Assembly (NCBI GenBank): GCA_043228905.1
Contig: JBHGNT010000014.1
Location: 18,228,001-18,292,000 of the forward strand
Direction of reading: 5' to 3'
Source: Azolla caroliniana
Lineage: Eukaryota; Plantae; Polypodiophyta
DNA: 64,000 bases
Shown: positions 27,358-40,400 of the stretch, in pieces
Layout: each line of letters opens with the position of its first letter
Position numbering within the stretch: position 1 is the stretch's first letter
Notes under the pieces: generated by a model
Database searches by the model: none
The model's input: the letters and a program-made list of their open reading frames with translations, nothing else
Told to the model about the DNA's origin: nothing
Program-made: the position numbers and the translations under genes

Positions 27358-27778
27358 TAACAATCGGCAACGGTTCGGTTCGGTTTGAGCGGGTCATAAC
27401 CGAACCAGTTTGGAATCGAACCATTTAAAATGTTTGAAACCTGAGCCGAACCGAACCGAACCATGAAACCGTAAAAACCGCGGTTTTGTGGTTTTGTTTC
27501 CGTTTTTCAACTTACCACAAATTTTAAATATTAAATCTTTAAATTTTTTAAATTTTAAATTTTTCATTATTTTAAATTTTTTTAAATTGTAAAGATGTTC
27601 TCAAAATGTGAGAATAAGGTCTAAAAATGAAAAGGTTGTTTAAAAACAATTCTTTTAAAAAATTTTAAAATTTTAAAAATGAAAATAAAAAACTGTTTAA
27701 CCGTTGAAATCGAACCGAATCGTTAAGTCGCGGTTTCACGGTTCGGTTCGGTTCAAACCAAACCATTGCTGATTGTTA
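27358..27778. mobile_element. hAT-type MITE (TAACAATCRGCAA TIR family)
   Basis: TIRs TAACAATCGGCAACGGTT / AACCATTGCTGATTGTTA; AACCG/CGGTT subterminal repeats; AT-rich core; flanks CTGGGGG / CTGGAGG form an imperfect TSD. Confidence 0.85.
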
Positions 27779-30656
27779 CTGGAGGTTAATTAGTTCAACC
27801 GCCCCTTTCACTACCACACTCCCACCTTAGTAACTTCTCAGCAGAGAATTATATAGTTTCATACAAATGTGCAGAAAATCGAGCACTTGAACTCCCAAGG
27901 CCCCGTGTCGACACTCTGATCGACTCACACGAGATAAAGCTTATTGCAGTCTAAAAGAGAAGAAAAAGGATGTAGGAAAACGTTGAAACCATTCATGTAA
28001 TTCAGAAGTTGCTACAACTATCTAGTTAGAGACTCAATGTTCATGCACTTTGCTCCTCGCATTTCCACAACGACATATAGTAAGATCATATATATCTCGA
28101 GTTTTTAACTAGAGTGTGTAACTATCAGAAAGCTTTGGAAGTTGCAACCTCGTTGGTAAGGTTCTCTGGTAGATACATGAATATCATGCATTCAGCCCCT
28201 TGCTTTTCCACAATTGAATCAAGCAAATTAATACTTATATTGATATTTGAACCCGATTGCATTAGTAGGTAAAAAATGCAGTTTGTCACTAAGGTACAAC
28301 CCTAAGAAAGAAAATAAAATCAAAGACATGTGATCTAGCAATTGACTACATGTATTACGACTTGAAACCAAGTATATAACTTTATAAGTAGGTAAAAACT
28401 TACTTTATCATTATAGTATAGCCTTTTAATATGATGAAACAAAGATTTTGAAAGCATAGAAGGGGGAAAAAAAGGCAAAGAAACAAAATTGTCCATTATT
28501 TCAATTAAAATTCTATCGTACGAACTCTAGTTTGGCCAATCTAAGGCTAGGATTGAACCAAAACATGTAACAACATAACTTATGTCACTAGTGTTTAGAG
28601 TGCTTCAATAATCCATGAGCAATGTTTTGTTGTGGGATAACATAGTGGTTCAGAAAGTTTTAAAAGTAACTAACAATGAGTTGTACATAAGAGCACGATA
28701 TAGATGTGGTTCTAAACCAATCATATTGTATATAAGGATATTAAGACATGTGTAGTAGTTTGAGGATATTCTACTAATGGAGATGACTCAAAAAAGATAT
28801 CCTCGATGCATTCTCGATGTTTAATGAGAGATGTACCATTTTTTTCACAAGAAAATTACCATTCTATCTACATTTGGACCCTGAGATGTATAACTATCAA
28901 CGATCTTGTCTGATAAGCATGAAACATGAATCACGTGATTGTAAAAACTAGTCCCATAAATTCTATTGTGGGTTACATGCCTCCCTATTGGATTGAATAT
29001 TATATGTTAAGAGATTGATGACAATTTGAGGATCAACCCCAAAGTAAATATTCTTGATTGTATTCAATGTTTCACGAGGCTTTTGGGCCAAGAACGTTTG
29101 CTTAACATTGAAATGAAATAGATGTGAAGACGGTCAAGCACCAAGTCGTCATGAGGTTGTAGAATACGATATATAGATGAACTAAGGAGCAAGGGTAGAC
29201 GATGGATTCCTCATGGTAGTCAAAATTAGAAGGTAAGCATATATATAAAGATACCTTGCACTATATACAAGATGGTGTGTATCCCAGCATTAAACTAAAT
29301 CTCGATAAGCTAAGGTAAAAGTAGGATTCTGAGTTCAACATGTTATAACATCCCTTTTTAATGAACATCCCTTTACTGTTGTTACGATTTTCTCATTGTT
29401 TCTTTGTGTTGTTGCATGTTCGTGCAAACTGATTATCCATGTAATAGATAAAACTCGAGATATGTTAAAACTCTAACCTCTTGTAGGGTCTTAAGTGACT
29501 AGGGAGTAAAGGGGAACAACATTGATTAACTCTACCTTTGTACTAGTTCCTCAAGGCTTATGGCCAATGGGTTGCTAATGCGAAAGAAACTCATCATATT
29601 GTAAATATTGTTAATGACTAATGGTCTCAACTATTAGCCAATGTCCCCCCAAATAGAATATTGTGCTCGAAATGTGAATCAATCATACTACAATATTTCA
29701 AATGCCCAACAAACCATCGACATCCTCTCAACACTTTGTGCATGACTTAGTTGCTTGATTTTAATGGGGCGCTACATGCCATGATTGTGGTCATGACCAC
29801 TTCATATCTGATTCTCTAAAAAATGAAATGGGACACAATTGTAAGTTTTTAGTATGTTGTACCATCTCAAGTAGACATATGTATAATCACTAGCGCCCAA
29901 CTCAAAACATAAAACCACATGAGCAAGGCACTCAAACATTATTTAAGATGAAGAAGAAGCAAAAGCCTCACAAAAGCAAAGGGAGTCTTTCCCCGCCTTT
30001 TGTTAGACCCTCCACTTCCAACACCCCTCCCCACCACACAATGTACCACTTCCTTCCTACACACGGTATCCCACCTCACATGTTTCACCCCTCACCCTAA
30101 TCATTGACATCTCAATGAAATTTGAGTAACACAACTCCCATTCAAGCACCCCAAGTGACATTTCATTTAGCGCACTTATGAGTGTGCGTTCATTAGGTCA
30201 GGAGATGTTATTTATCCATTGAACATCTCACCTCCTATGTTAAGGTTTGGGAATACACTAAAGGACCTTTAGGGATGTATGACAATAGAGAGTTGAGCAA
30301 AACATTGTAAAATACTATAAATCCTTCGTACCCTTCGAAGCGTAAAAGGGACATATCTATACATAATAACATTAACTAAGAATTTTAAAGGTGAAACTAT
30401 AAACCTTCTCGTAAGGGTTTTTCCACATTGTAATCCCATGAGCTAGAGCTTAAACCATTCTCTCTCAGCTTGATCTCTTTCCTACCTTATGGGTGCTTAT
30501 GAGTTCACAATCTCAAAGATGCAAATGACAAGGCAAGCTTTTCACGACATTGTCTTCAAAACCTCATTTATATGATGCCCACCTTTTGTTCAAGACTTAA
30601 ACCCACAACTTGAATGATGTATATGGCAAGATTTACAACACAATCAAGTTTACATT

Positions 30657-31101
30657 TAACAATTGACAACGATTCCGTTTGAACCGAACCGAATTGCAAA
30701 ACCGCAGCATAACAACTTAATGATTTAAACGACTCGGTTTGGTTTGGTTCAAGTTTAAGTTTTTTTAACAGTTCAGTTCGGTTTAAGGGGTGAAGAGTTC
30801 AGTTCGATTTTACTAGTTTTATGGTTTTTAATATACTTTTTCATTTTAAAGCCTAATTATCACATTTTAGGAAAAATCTTTAAAATTAAGAAAAAATAAA
30901 AAATTGAAAACTTGAATTTTGACCTAAGTTGAAACTGAAACTGAACCACAAAACCACGGTTTGAACAATTTAATGGTTTGGATTTAAATCATTTTGGTTA
31001 AAATGGTTTCATGGTTCAATTCGGTTAAGTTCAAATTTCAAAATTTTTAAACAGATCAGTTTTGACACTCTCGAATCGAATCGAACCGTTGCTGATTGTT
31101 A
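30657..31101. mobile_element. hAT-type MITE (same family)
   Basis: TIRs TAACAATTGACAACG / CGTTGCTGATTGTTA; perfect 8-bp TSD TTTACATT (30649-30656 and 31102-31109). Confidence 0.9.
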
Positions 31102-31623
31102 TTTACATTTACCAATTCTAACAAAAAATGTTGATCAATTTGAACACTACTATTTTTTATCATTGAAGACAAAGATTGAATAAAGATCTTGCACTTAATA
31201 AAATACAATGAGGAACCTCTTCCTCAGCCAAACATATAGAAGTTAATTAATGGTTTTATACATGTAACCACTTTTTAGATAAATTTATTCCATTTGTTCT
31301 CAATGGTCATACATGAAGTAGTTTGAAAGTTGTTCTCTATTGAACTTGAAACTTGTTCTTGTCCAAGGTTTTTTGAAAATGATGTTTACACCACGCCAAA
31401 ATGGTTATTTCCACCTTCGCAACCCAACCAAGAAGGTACATGGTATTTTTATGAAATTATTCATGCTATAAGATGATAATCACATATTGGGGTAATGTGG
31501 TTGAAGGTCTATGATTACATTTCTGTTGTACATACTAGAGTGTAAACACACTCTACCTAACTAATGGGAAATATCTTTTTATAATAAAAATAAAAATTGT
31601 GTGCAAAATCTAGTAACAATTAG

Positions 31624-32541
31624 TGTTGGGAAACATGTCCCTCTAGAAGGGACGTGAAGTATCATAATGGTAACGGTGGAAGCCGGCAAGGAATTCATAT
31701 GGATGAAGGAGTTTATCCATGAGCTGGGAATTCGGCACGAGGAATTCAAACTCCATTGCAATAACCGGAGTGCCATCCACCTTGCGAAAAATGCCGCCTA
31801 CCACTCGAGGACCAAACACATCCAGAGAAGATATCATTGGCTCTGAGAGCGAGTAGAAGAAAAGGAGTTTGCTCTAGCGAAGATCCACGCGGCCGAAAAC
31901 GGATCGGGTATGCTGACGAAGGTGCTGTCAGCCGGAAAGCTAAACGTCTACCGACAAGGAGTCGGTTTGGTGAAGTACCCCATGCCGGCGTGAAGGGGGA
32001 GTTTGATGGGAAACATTTCCCTTCAGATGGGAAGTGAAGTACCATGTTCGCGAGTATCTCGATCGAAACCTTAATCGAAAACTGAAATCGTTTCAGAAAA
32101 CTATAATTGTAAATAGTCTAAAATGCCCTTGGGGGCTATACTTATAATTAGCCAGAAAGTCGCTTTTGTTTATAAGCAACTAGGGCAAACTTTAGAAAGT
32201 GTATTTAGTTGATCATTATTGAAAAGTTAGAACGAGGTAGTTGCCTTTGTAACTGTGAGTGAGAGAGAGAGAGAGAGAGAGAGTGTAACTCTACAGTCGT
32301 CTGTTAGACGAAGGAGAACTCGAGGTCGTTGCCTCCGAGTTCCGTATTTGTACTTCCTCTCTACTATAGTGATGTGTTTTTCTCGGGGTTTGTGGACCCC
32401 CGTGGTTTTTCCCATTTCAGGTTTTCCACGTAAAATATCGGTGTTTCTATGTCTGCATGTTTTTCTTGTCTGTGTAGTAGTTCTTGGTTTCTACACACGA
32501 ATACAAACGCGAAACCAATTGTGGTTGGTCGATTCCTAATA
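31624..32541 (+). mobile_element. Internally deleted Ty1/Copia remnant: ~42 bp of 5' LTR fused to the RNase H end, PPT and full 3' LTR
   Basis: TGTTGGGAAACATGTCCCT..GTGAAGTATCAT (31624-31665) matches the LTR start at 32004 (TGATGGGAAACATTTCCCT..GTGAAGTACCAT). RNase H peptide EAGKEFIWMKEFIHELG...SAIHLAKNAAYHSRTKHI; PPT GAAGGGGGAG; 5-bp TSD ATTAG at 31619-31623 and 32542-32546. Confidence 0.85.
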
Positions 32542-32543
32542 AT

Positions 32544-32732
32544 TAGGAGTCGGCAACGGGTCAGTTCAAGCCTAAATCGAACCGTTAAACAAGTTTGAGT
32601 TCGATTTGGCATGGCTCAAGCTCAACCAAACTGGATTGGGCCAAACGATTTGGTTCAAGGGTAAGGCTTAACTAGTTTGGTTTGGACAAGGCCAAGCCGA
32701 TTAAGCCAAAACCGAACCATTGCCAATTCCTA
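32544..32732. mobile_element. Short hAT-type MITE (TAGGA-start variant)
   Basis: TIRs TAGGAGTCGGCAACGG / CCATTGCCAATTCCTA; AACCG repeats; no TSD recognised. Confidence 0.65.
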
Positions 32733-33004
32733 CTTTTTACAACACTTCTTAGTCTCCTTTACCTATCTATGCCTATTAAAAAATGGAACAATATCTCCAT
32801 CTCGACATCTAGACTATTTTAAACATATTGCGAAAAAACTCTATGTTGAGGCCTCAAACAACAATGGCTTAAAACTTGTCAGATGTCTGATAAGTACATC
32901 CAAATTATACATGCTATAGGACTCTAATGAACCTATGTGTATTGTCCTCCAAGAGAATGGTACAAAAGAAGTATGTGCCTTACCCTAGTCCTCATCTCTT
33001 TAAG

Positions 33005-33554
33005 TAACAATCAGCAACGATTTGGTTTGAATCGAACCAAACCATGAAACCGTGGCTTAATGGTTTGAATGGTTCAATTAGGTTTGGTTCAAGTTCAGTT
33101 TTTGTAAACGGTTTGGTTTCGGTTCAGTTTAAGGGTTTAGCGGTTCGGTTTGAGCCTTTATCGGTTTGACGGTTTAAAATTGACCCTCGATAATTTTCTT
33201 AAATATATTTTTGAACATTATAAGCCAAAATTTGATATTTTAAGAAAAATCTTTAAATTTTGAAAAATTAAAATTTGATATATTGAAAAGTTTAAAATTT
33301 TTAAAATTAAAATGTGAACTTTTGAATTTTGACCTAACTTGAAAACCAAAACCGAATTGCAAAACCGCAGTTTTAACGATTTAATGGTTTTAAGGTTTGA
33401 AAGTCTCTAAAACCAAAAGATTTAATGGTTTTTGTAATAGTTCGGTTTAAATGGTTGTGGTTTGGTTTAGCCAAAAAATTTAAATCGTTTGGTTTTAAAC
33501 GGTTTTAGTTTGACACTCTCAAACAAAACCAGACCAAATCATTGTCGATTGTTA
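33005..33554. mobile_element. hAT-type MITE (same family)
   Basis: TIRs TAACAATCAGCAACGA / TCATTGTCGATTGTTA; flanks TCTTTAAG / TATTTATG (6/8 match). Confidence 0.85.
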
Positions 33555-34513
33555 TATTTATGGGTGAACCTAATGGGAGCCCAACCCATCACAAGTCTTC
33601 ATATGGATACCTTTGCACGAAATGGCAAATGGGAATGCCCAACCATGTTGTAATATTTTTGCCACCACCTTGCATTCGACTTACATACATTCCACACCTT
33701 TTCTGCATTAGGAGATAGCCAAGATAATGATGCCATTGCATGATGATACAGTATATTTGTAGTGACCTGTAACAAGTATGTAATCGCCAATCCACCCAAG
33801 GTGCAACATTTGTTTTCAGTGACAACGATTCATCCAACAATTATTAGTATATCTTGTCATTTCTCCCAAATAAATCCATAATTTGGGGGAACACATAACC
33901 ATCGTTTGGCATCTTTAAATTCCGACAACCTTTGAGATTCGTTATCAACCACATCTCCCAAATGTACAACCCCAAATCGAAATAAACGATTGATTTGAGA
34001 TCTTAGCTTCTCTTTTCCATGCTAATACAACACTCGAGAAAAAATGAGCAATTTATTTTGCAATGAAATACAAAATTTTCGATCGCTTGATGGTGCCCAC
34101 TGAAACAAATATAATGCATATTGCCGTGACCTTACCAAGTGTTGTCCACATACAAAATGTTGAATCTTTATAAGAATAGATCCATTGAGTAATGGCCACC
34201 ACGATGCTCAAATATATGTTTTCCTATGCACCAATCCTTCGTGCTCAATACAATATTGCACCATAGATAATAATGCACATCTCTCATAATAATGCAAATC
34301 TATGAGCCATCAAATGCATTTCTCATTCGGCAATTTTGATTTAGCTCCTTGACTTCATGCTCCATTCTACATGATCGCTTTCTGACGCTTGGGCTTAATC
34401 CGTTTATCAACTCTATCTCTTTGTACAACATATCGTGAATGATGGCATATTCATGTGTTTATTCTTTTACAAGTAGTCGTAACAAAAATGTGAGGTTATT
34501 AAGCATTTGTCAG

Positions 34514-34804
34514 TGTAAAGAATCGTGACTGTAGGAGATGATTTGCAACGGAAGTGAATTGTGTGTGTGTGTGCGCGCGCGTAAGCCAAACAGAGAGAGA
34601 CAGAGGGAGAGAGCTTGGAACAAGAAGCTATATTGGTAAAAGATAGAATTAAATCCCACAACAACTAAGTTACAAGGAGTTGGTTTAAATACCAACTAGT
34701 CTAGGCCAAGTGACCTTTCTACTAATTACGAAACTACCCTAGTATGATGTCCACTAGCTAGTGAGAACACTATCATTATGGGAAGTTGAGTTCGGTTCTC
34801 AACA
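34514..34804 (-). repeat. 3' LTR of the outer Copia
   Basis: TGTAAAGAATC...GTTCTCAACA, homologous to 48973-49329. Confidence 0.9.
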
Positions 34805-35883
34805 GGCCCCTTCGAACACAACTTCCGGTTAATCATCGAAAATCTTTGATTCGGCTAAATCGACTTTCGGAAGGTTAGTTGACACGGTTCGATTGTTCGA
34901 TTGTTCGGCTTGATTATCATCAGACATCGACTCCTCTGGTCACCATCGCGATTATCGTCGTACTTGGACTCCTCTGGTCGGCATGGTGGCGGTTACTGTT
35001 GTTTCTCGGTGCTCCCCCTCAAGCGCAGCCGGTCTGAGATCGAGAGACCAAGATTCATCGGTAATTGCTGCAACTTGTCGATACCCAGGGCTTTTGTGAA
35101 GATGTTGGCCACCTAAATATTCGTGTTGATGTGTTGTAAATCGGCATCTCCAACTGGAACACGTTGTCGAGGTATTCCTCGCGGATGCGTGGAATGAGGC
35201 GGGACCTCGGGGGTCTCGAACCGAAGAGCAAGAGAGAAAGGAGAAGGGGAGGGACCCACTACGTGCGAGCGTAGATCCACAGGGACACGGCCCTTCGACA
35301 CGAAAACGCAAGCGGGAGACCAACACAGAGAGACACGAAGGTATGTATGTATATATTAACAGAGACTAACAACAAGACACGAAGTCGGTTACAACCGAAC
35401 AGGCCGGCGAACAGATGCCGATGCCTGTTCGCAAACGCGCAGAAAGGAAGGAGTAGGTTGGAGGTGCTGCCGGAAGCACTCGGGCATTCCTCAGAGCAGC
35501 GCGAGCCTCACTAAACCTGCACAGAAAGAAGCTACGGAGAGTATGGAAGAGAGAGAAGCCTTCGGTCGACAACCCGACAGCACTTCGTCCCCTCCCTAAA
35601 ACGCGATCCCCTCCCCCTTCTCGTCTCCCCCCTTTTATAGGCAAGGAAGGAGCCGTTTCCCCTTTACTTCCTACCCACTAAATCTACCTACCTAGGATCT
35701 CCTATGTACCTAATTCTCCCTTATGTACAATATAAGGCGTACGGGCATGAAGAGCCGGTTCCTACGCCCCGGTGCACCGATTCCGCTTGTGGACGGTTTT
35801 CTTCACGACATCCGCCCCCACCTAACCGCGCATCCTCCGGCATGCGCCAAATTGAGTCGGGACGGAGAAAACCGGTCCAGCCT

Positions 35884-37427
35884 TCATTCCCCGCCCGTCG
35901 GTTCTTCCTCGGTTTCGGATCGTTCGTCGTCGCGGTCCAGGTTAACCGGATCCGGCTCGTCGTCGTGACGCTTCTTGAACGCTTTGATCCGCTTCCCAGC
36001 TACCGGTATCGCCATCCTCGTACCGTCGAGTTCCGCCAGATGGTACGTCCCGTTGTCATTGGCGCTTTGTACCACGTAAGGCCCGAACCACCTTCTTGCG
36101 AACTTTCGTGTCGCTCGGTGCTGGTTGTCGAGGCTGCTGTCGTAGACTAGCACCCAGTCGCCTTCCTCAATCTTCTTCAGTCGGAGCCGGTGCGTTCGGT
36201 CGAACCGGGCTTTGTTCCTCGTCCTTGCCACCCGAAGCCTTCCCGCAGCCTGCTCCACGTCCTCCAGCCTTCGCTCGAGCTGTCGTATGCGCGCCGTCAA
36301 CAGTTCCTCCCGGCTCATCTCGTCTCTCCAGTCCACGGTTGCCCATGAGGAGATCGTACGTTCCATCGGCATGATCGGCTTCTGCCCAAACATGAGCTCT
36401 GCCGGCATGAATCTGGTTACCGAACTGTGCGTAGTTCGGTCAGCCCACAACACGTAAGGCAGCAACCGCGGCCAGTTCCCGACTTCTCCTCCGCATGCCC
36501 GAACTAACGCCTTGACGATCGGTCCGTGCCCGCGCTCCACCTTCCCATTCGCCTCCGGATTGTACGCAGTGGTAAGCGAGAGCTTGACTCCTAACCGGTC
36601 GAACAGCTCCTCGGCCTCTTCGGCGTCCAACTCCCCGCGATCAGCCACGATCTTCCCGACGCACCCGTACCGGCATATCACGTCCTTGATCAGGAACCGA
36701 CATCCGGCCGCGGTCGTTTTGTTCTGAAGGGCTCGGCCCTCCACCTGGTTCGTCAGATCTTCCCGAGCCAGGACCAGATACCGCATCTGTCCTACTCCCA
36801 TTGGCATCGTCACCAGATCTACCATCCATTTGAAGTGGATGGTCGGAGGGTACGTAGGGTGAAGCTCGTCCCGATGTCGGACTACGGAGTGCATCTGGCA
36901 GCTCTCGCAAGTTGTCACAAACCGATGCACGTCCCGGTACAATCCCGGCCACCAGTACTTCCCCTTTATCTTCTCGAACGTGGCCCACGTTCCACGGTGT
37001 CCGGCCCAAGGGCTGTCGTGGTAGGCTGTCAGCAGCTCCTCCTGTTCTTCCTTCATCACCACCACCCGGAGCGGGACGTCGTTCCTTTTCTTCGGGTGCT
37101 TCCATAAGTATCCGTTCCGGAGAAAGAATTGGTATGCTTTCTTCCGGATCCGGCTGGTCTCGTCCCTCGTCCATGACGCATCCGGCGTCATGGTCCTTAA
37201 GAACCCACCGATCTGTAGCCACTCGCCGTCGTACTTGCTCTCGTCGAAGCCGTTAAGCGCCGGAGTGCTCGTCCCATCGATCGTCACGTACGCTGCCTCG
37301 AAGAAGTCCACGCCGACTTCTTCGTCCTCCGAAACCATGCCGCCCTCGTCATCAAACCTCGCCCTCGAAAGCATGTCGGCCATGGCGTTGTCCTTTCCGG
37401 AAATGTGTCGTATTTCCGGGTCCAGGG
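35884..37427 (-). CDS. Gypsy pol C-terminal fragment (RNase H end + integrase), truncated by the Copia insertion
   Basis: IRHISGKDNAMADMLSR (RNase H end); HHCC zinc finger YHDSPWAGH...CESC; catalytic core MVDLV, VADRG, NGKVERGH; GPY motif RWFGPYVV; no chromodomain. Confidence 0.92.
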
Positions 37428-40400
37428 TGTCGAATACAAGTGTATAATGGACGTATTCACACTATCCCTTTGTATAGCTCAAGTTTGGGCCATTTGTGTA
37501 ATTAGCATAAATGGTAGTTGCCCTAAGTTTGTCACTATATAAAGTGACCTAGTAACCTTTTTGTAAGGTTGGTTGTATTATTGTTTCTATTGAATAGAAA
37601 GAGTCTTTTGTGCCTCCTCTCTCTCTCTCTCTCTATCTCTGTGCACGATCTTCGATTCTGTCATACGCAGGTACTCAACCCCAATCGAATGCTACTTGAT
37701 CTTCCGCATTGACGGCCTTGTCTTCAACATTTGGTATCAGAGCGAGGTCCCTCAACCCGCTGTCGGCCGTCATCACAGCCTGCACAGTATTCGGCCTTTC
37801 GCTTCATCCTAGTCTGCAAAGCATTCGGTTTCCTGCGTCATTCGAAGAAACAGAGAAGAAAGTAGGCAAACACAAGCTTGAATCTCGCTGCGTTAGATCA
37901 TCACTCGGAGTAAGCCAGTCGGCTGTACTCTACTTCCTTGATCGTAACTGCTTGAGGTGGGCTTCCTGCACAACGACGACTTCAAGGACAACCAAGTTCG
38001 TGTTTCATTCGATTGGACAATAATCGGAAGGACCAGTCGGTTCCATTGCTCTCACCGTTGCAGTCAACCGAAACCGAATCGGCTTGAAGTACTGTCGGAT
38101 CGTTAAATCTATGTTCAACTCGACTAAGACAGTTGTCGGTAGTCAATCCAAACCAAATCCCCGATTCTCCGTAATCAACATCACTTGTGTCCAACTTCGG
38201 CTAGAACGACACTGAGTGGGCCAAACCGCTGCACTTCACCAAAGTTCGTAGCCGACTTAGGGCAGAGTCATGACATCAACATCCGGCTCGTCAGAAATGA
38301 GTCTACGAAAGTTCGATGGATCGAACTTCAACTTCTGGAAGGAGCAAATGCAGGACTATCTCATAGTCAAGGGGCAAATCGATCCCATCGAAAATGAAGC
38401 ACCTCCAGAAGGATACAAACCAATTGAGTGGCAGAAGCTGGACAGAATCGTCCGCGCCACGATTCGGATGCACCTATCGGAATCGGTATACTTTACGGTG
38501 CAATCGTGTACGACAGCATTCGAACTGTGGAAAACACTGTCGGACACCTACGAAAAGAAGGTCGCTGCAACGAAGATGTTTCTGATCCGGTGCCTCTACA
38601 ACTTGCGGATGAAAGAATCAGATTCGGTTCAAGCACATCTCAATGAGTACGAAAGCATAAGCTCCCAAATCTCATCTCAGGGGACGGCAATCGAGGATGA
38701 ACTCAGAGCAATGATACTCATGAGCAGCCTTCCCTCATCATGGGAAACTTTCGTCACAACCGTGTGCAACGCGTCAACCACGGCTGTTAAATACTCCGAA
38801 GTCACGAGCGCAATCCTGACCGAAGCAGCTCGGAGAAAGTCTTTCACCAAAGACTCAACAGACGACGCTTATGTAGTACAAGGTTCGACAGACCGATCGA
38901 ACATACGAGGAAGAGATTCCTCACGGCAGCCGAACAATCAGCGAAGACGGAGCCAGTCACGGGATAATCGAATCTGCAACTATTGCAAGAAACCCGGACA
39001 CATCAAAGCCGACTGCCGCGCACTCAAGAACAAGAACGACAAGTCTCAGAAATCAGACAAGAAGAGTGGCCGGCATGAGGAGATCAATTACGTCAGCTTC
39101 TCAGCTGATGTGCTACCAAACGACCCGAATATACTATCAATCGAAAATCCAGTCGGATCAGAAGTTCTGCTCACGACTGAAGAATCGAGCACATGGCTCT
39201 TAGATTCGGGCGCGTCATTTCACGTGACTCCTCATCGATCCCAATTTTGGCAATATACGATCCGTCACTCCGACTCAGTTCAAGTCGGCAACTCGCAACA
39301 CTGTGACATCATTGGAATCGGCACAGTAGAGCTCAACCTTGCAGGTGGCTCTACACTTGTACTTCACAATGTCCGACATGTACCCGAGCTCTCAAGGCCA
39401 TTGATCTCAGTCGGACAACTAGATGAAGACGGCATTCGTGCCGGTTTTTCTTCGGGAGGGTGGACACTCCACAGGGGGAACCTCCTGCTTGCTAGAGGAC
39501 CCAAGATACACTCACTGTATCCGTTACATGTTACGCTCAGAGAGGGTAACCTGTTTTTGGTGGATATTCCTGTGTCATCACTATGGCACAGAAGATTAGG
39601 ACACCTCAGCAAGGCCGGCATTACGCACCTATCTAGAGCCGGATACATCCCTAAACTCTCCTTCTCGGACCATCAATTCTGCGAACATTGCCAGTATGGC
39701 AAACAAGCAGCCGCATCACACCCGACATCAGCACCAAGAGAAACGAGACCTCTCGATTTAGTCCACTCGGACGTCTGTGGCCCAATGCCGCATCAGTCTC
39801 TCGGCGGTGCCTCTTACTTCGTCAGTTTTATTGACGATTCGACTCGAAAGGTGTGGGCTTATCCAATTCGCACCAAAGATCGTGTCTTCTCGATCTTCTC
39901 TGATTGGCTCGCTATGGTAGAAAATCAAACTGACCGAAAACTGAAATGCTTTCGGACCGACAATGGGGGAGAGTTCAAATCAGAAGAATTCGTCAAATTC
40001 TGCCGACAACGCGGCATCCGACGTGAATTTACGGCACCACACAGTCCGGAGCAAAACAGGATTGCAGAACGCATGAATCGGACAATCCAAGAACGGATAG
40101 TTTCCATGCTCCAACACTCCGGACTGTCGGATGGCTTCTGGGCAGAGGCTCTACTCACGGCAGTACACATAATCAATATGTCGCCAAGCAGACCTCTAGG
40201 ACTTCAAATTCCTCAGGAACTATGGATCGGCAGTAAGCCGAATTACGACAAGCTGAGGATCTTCGGATGCGAGGCGTACGCCCTTATTCCGAAAGATGAT
40301 CGCCGAAAACTTGCACCTCGGTCCAGGAAATGCATTTTCATTGGATATGGATCAGACGGCGAAATGGGATACCGACTCTGGGACCCCGAACGCAGACAAA

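Noticed and set aside
27900-30640. Degraded retroelement-like sequence
   Set aside because: Looks TE-derived, but no LTR pair, TSD or intact motif could be fixed
33580-34480. Short ORFs suggesting a pseudogene or transposase
   Set aside because: No identifiable family motif
35704-37447. Several plus-strand ORFs overlapping the Gypsy integrase
   Set aside because: Antisense shadows expected from GC-rich coding sequence
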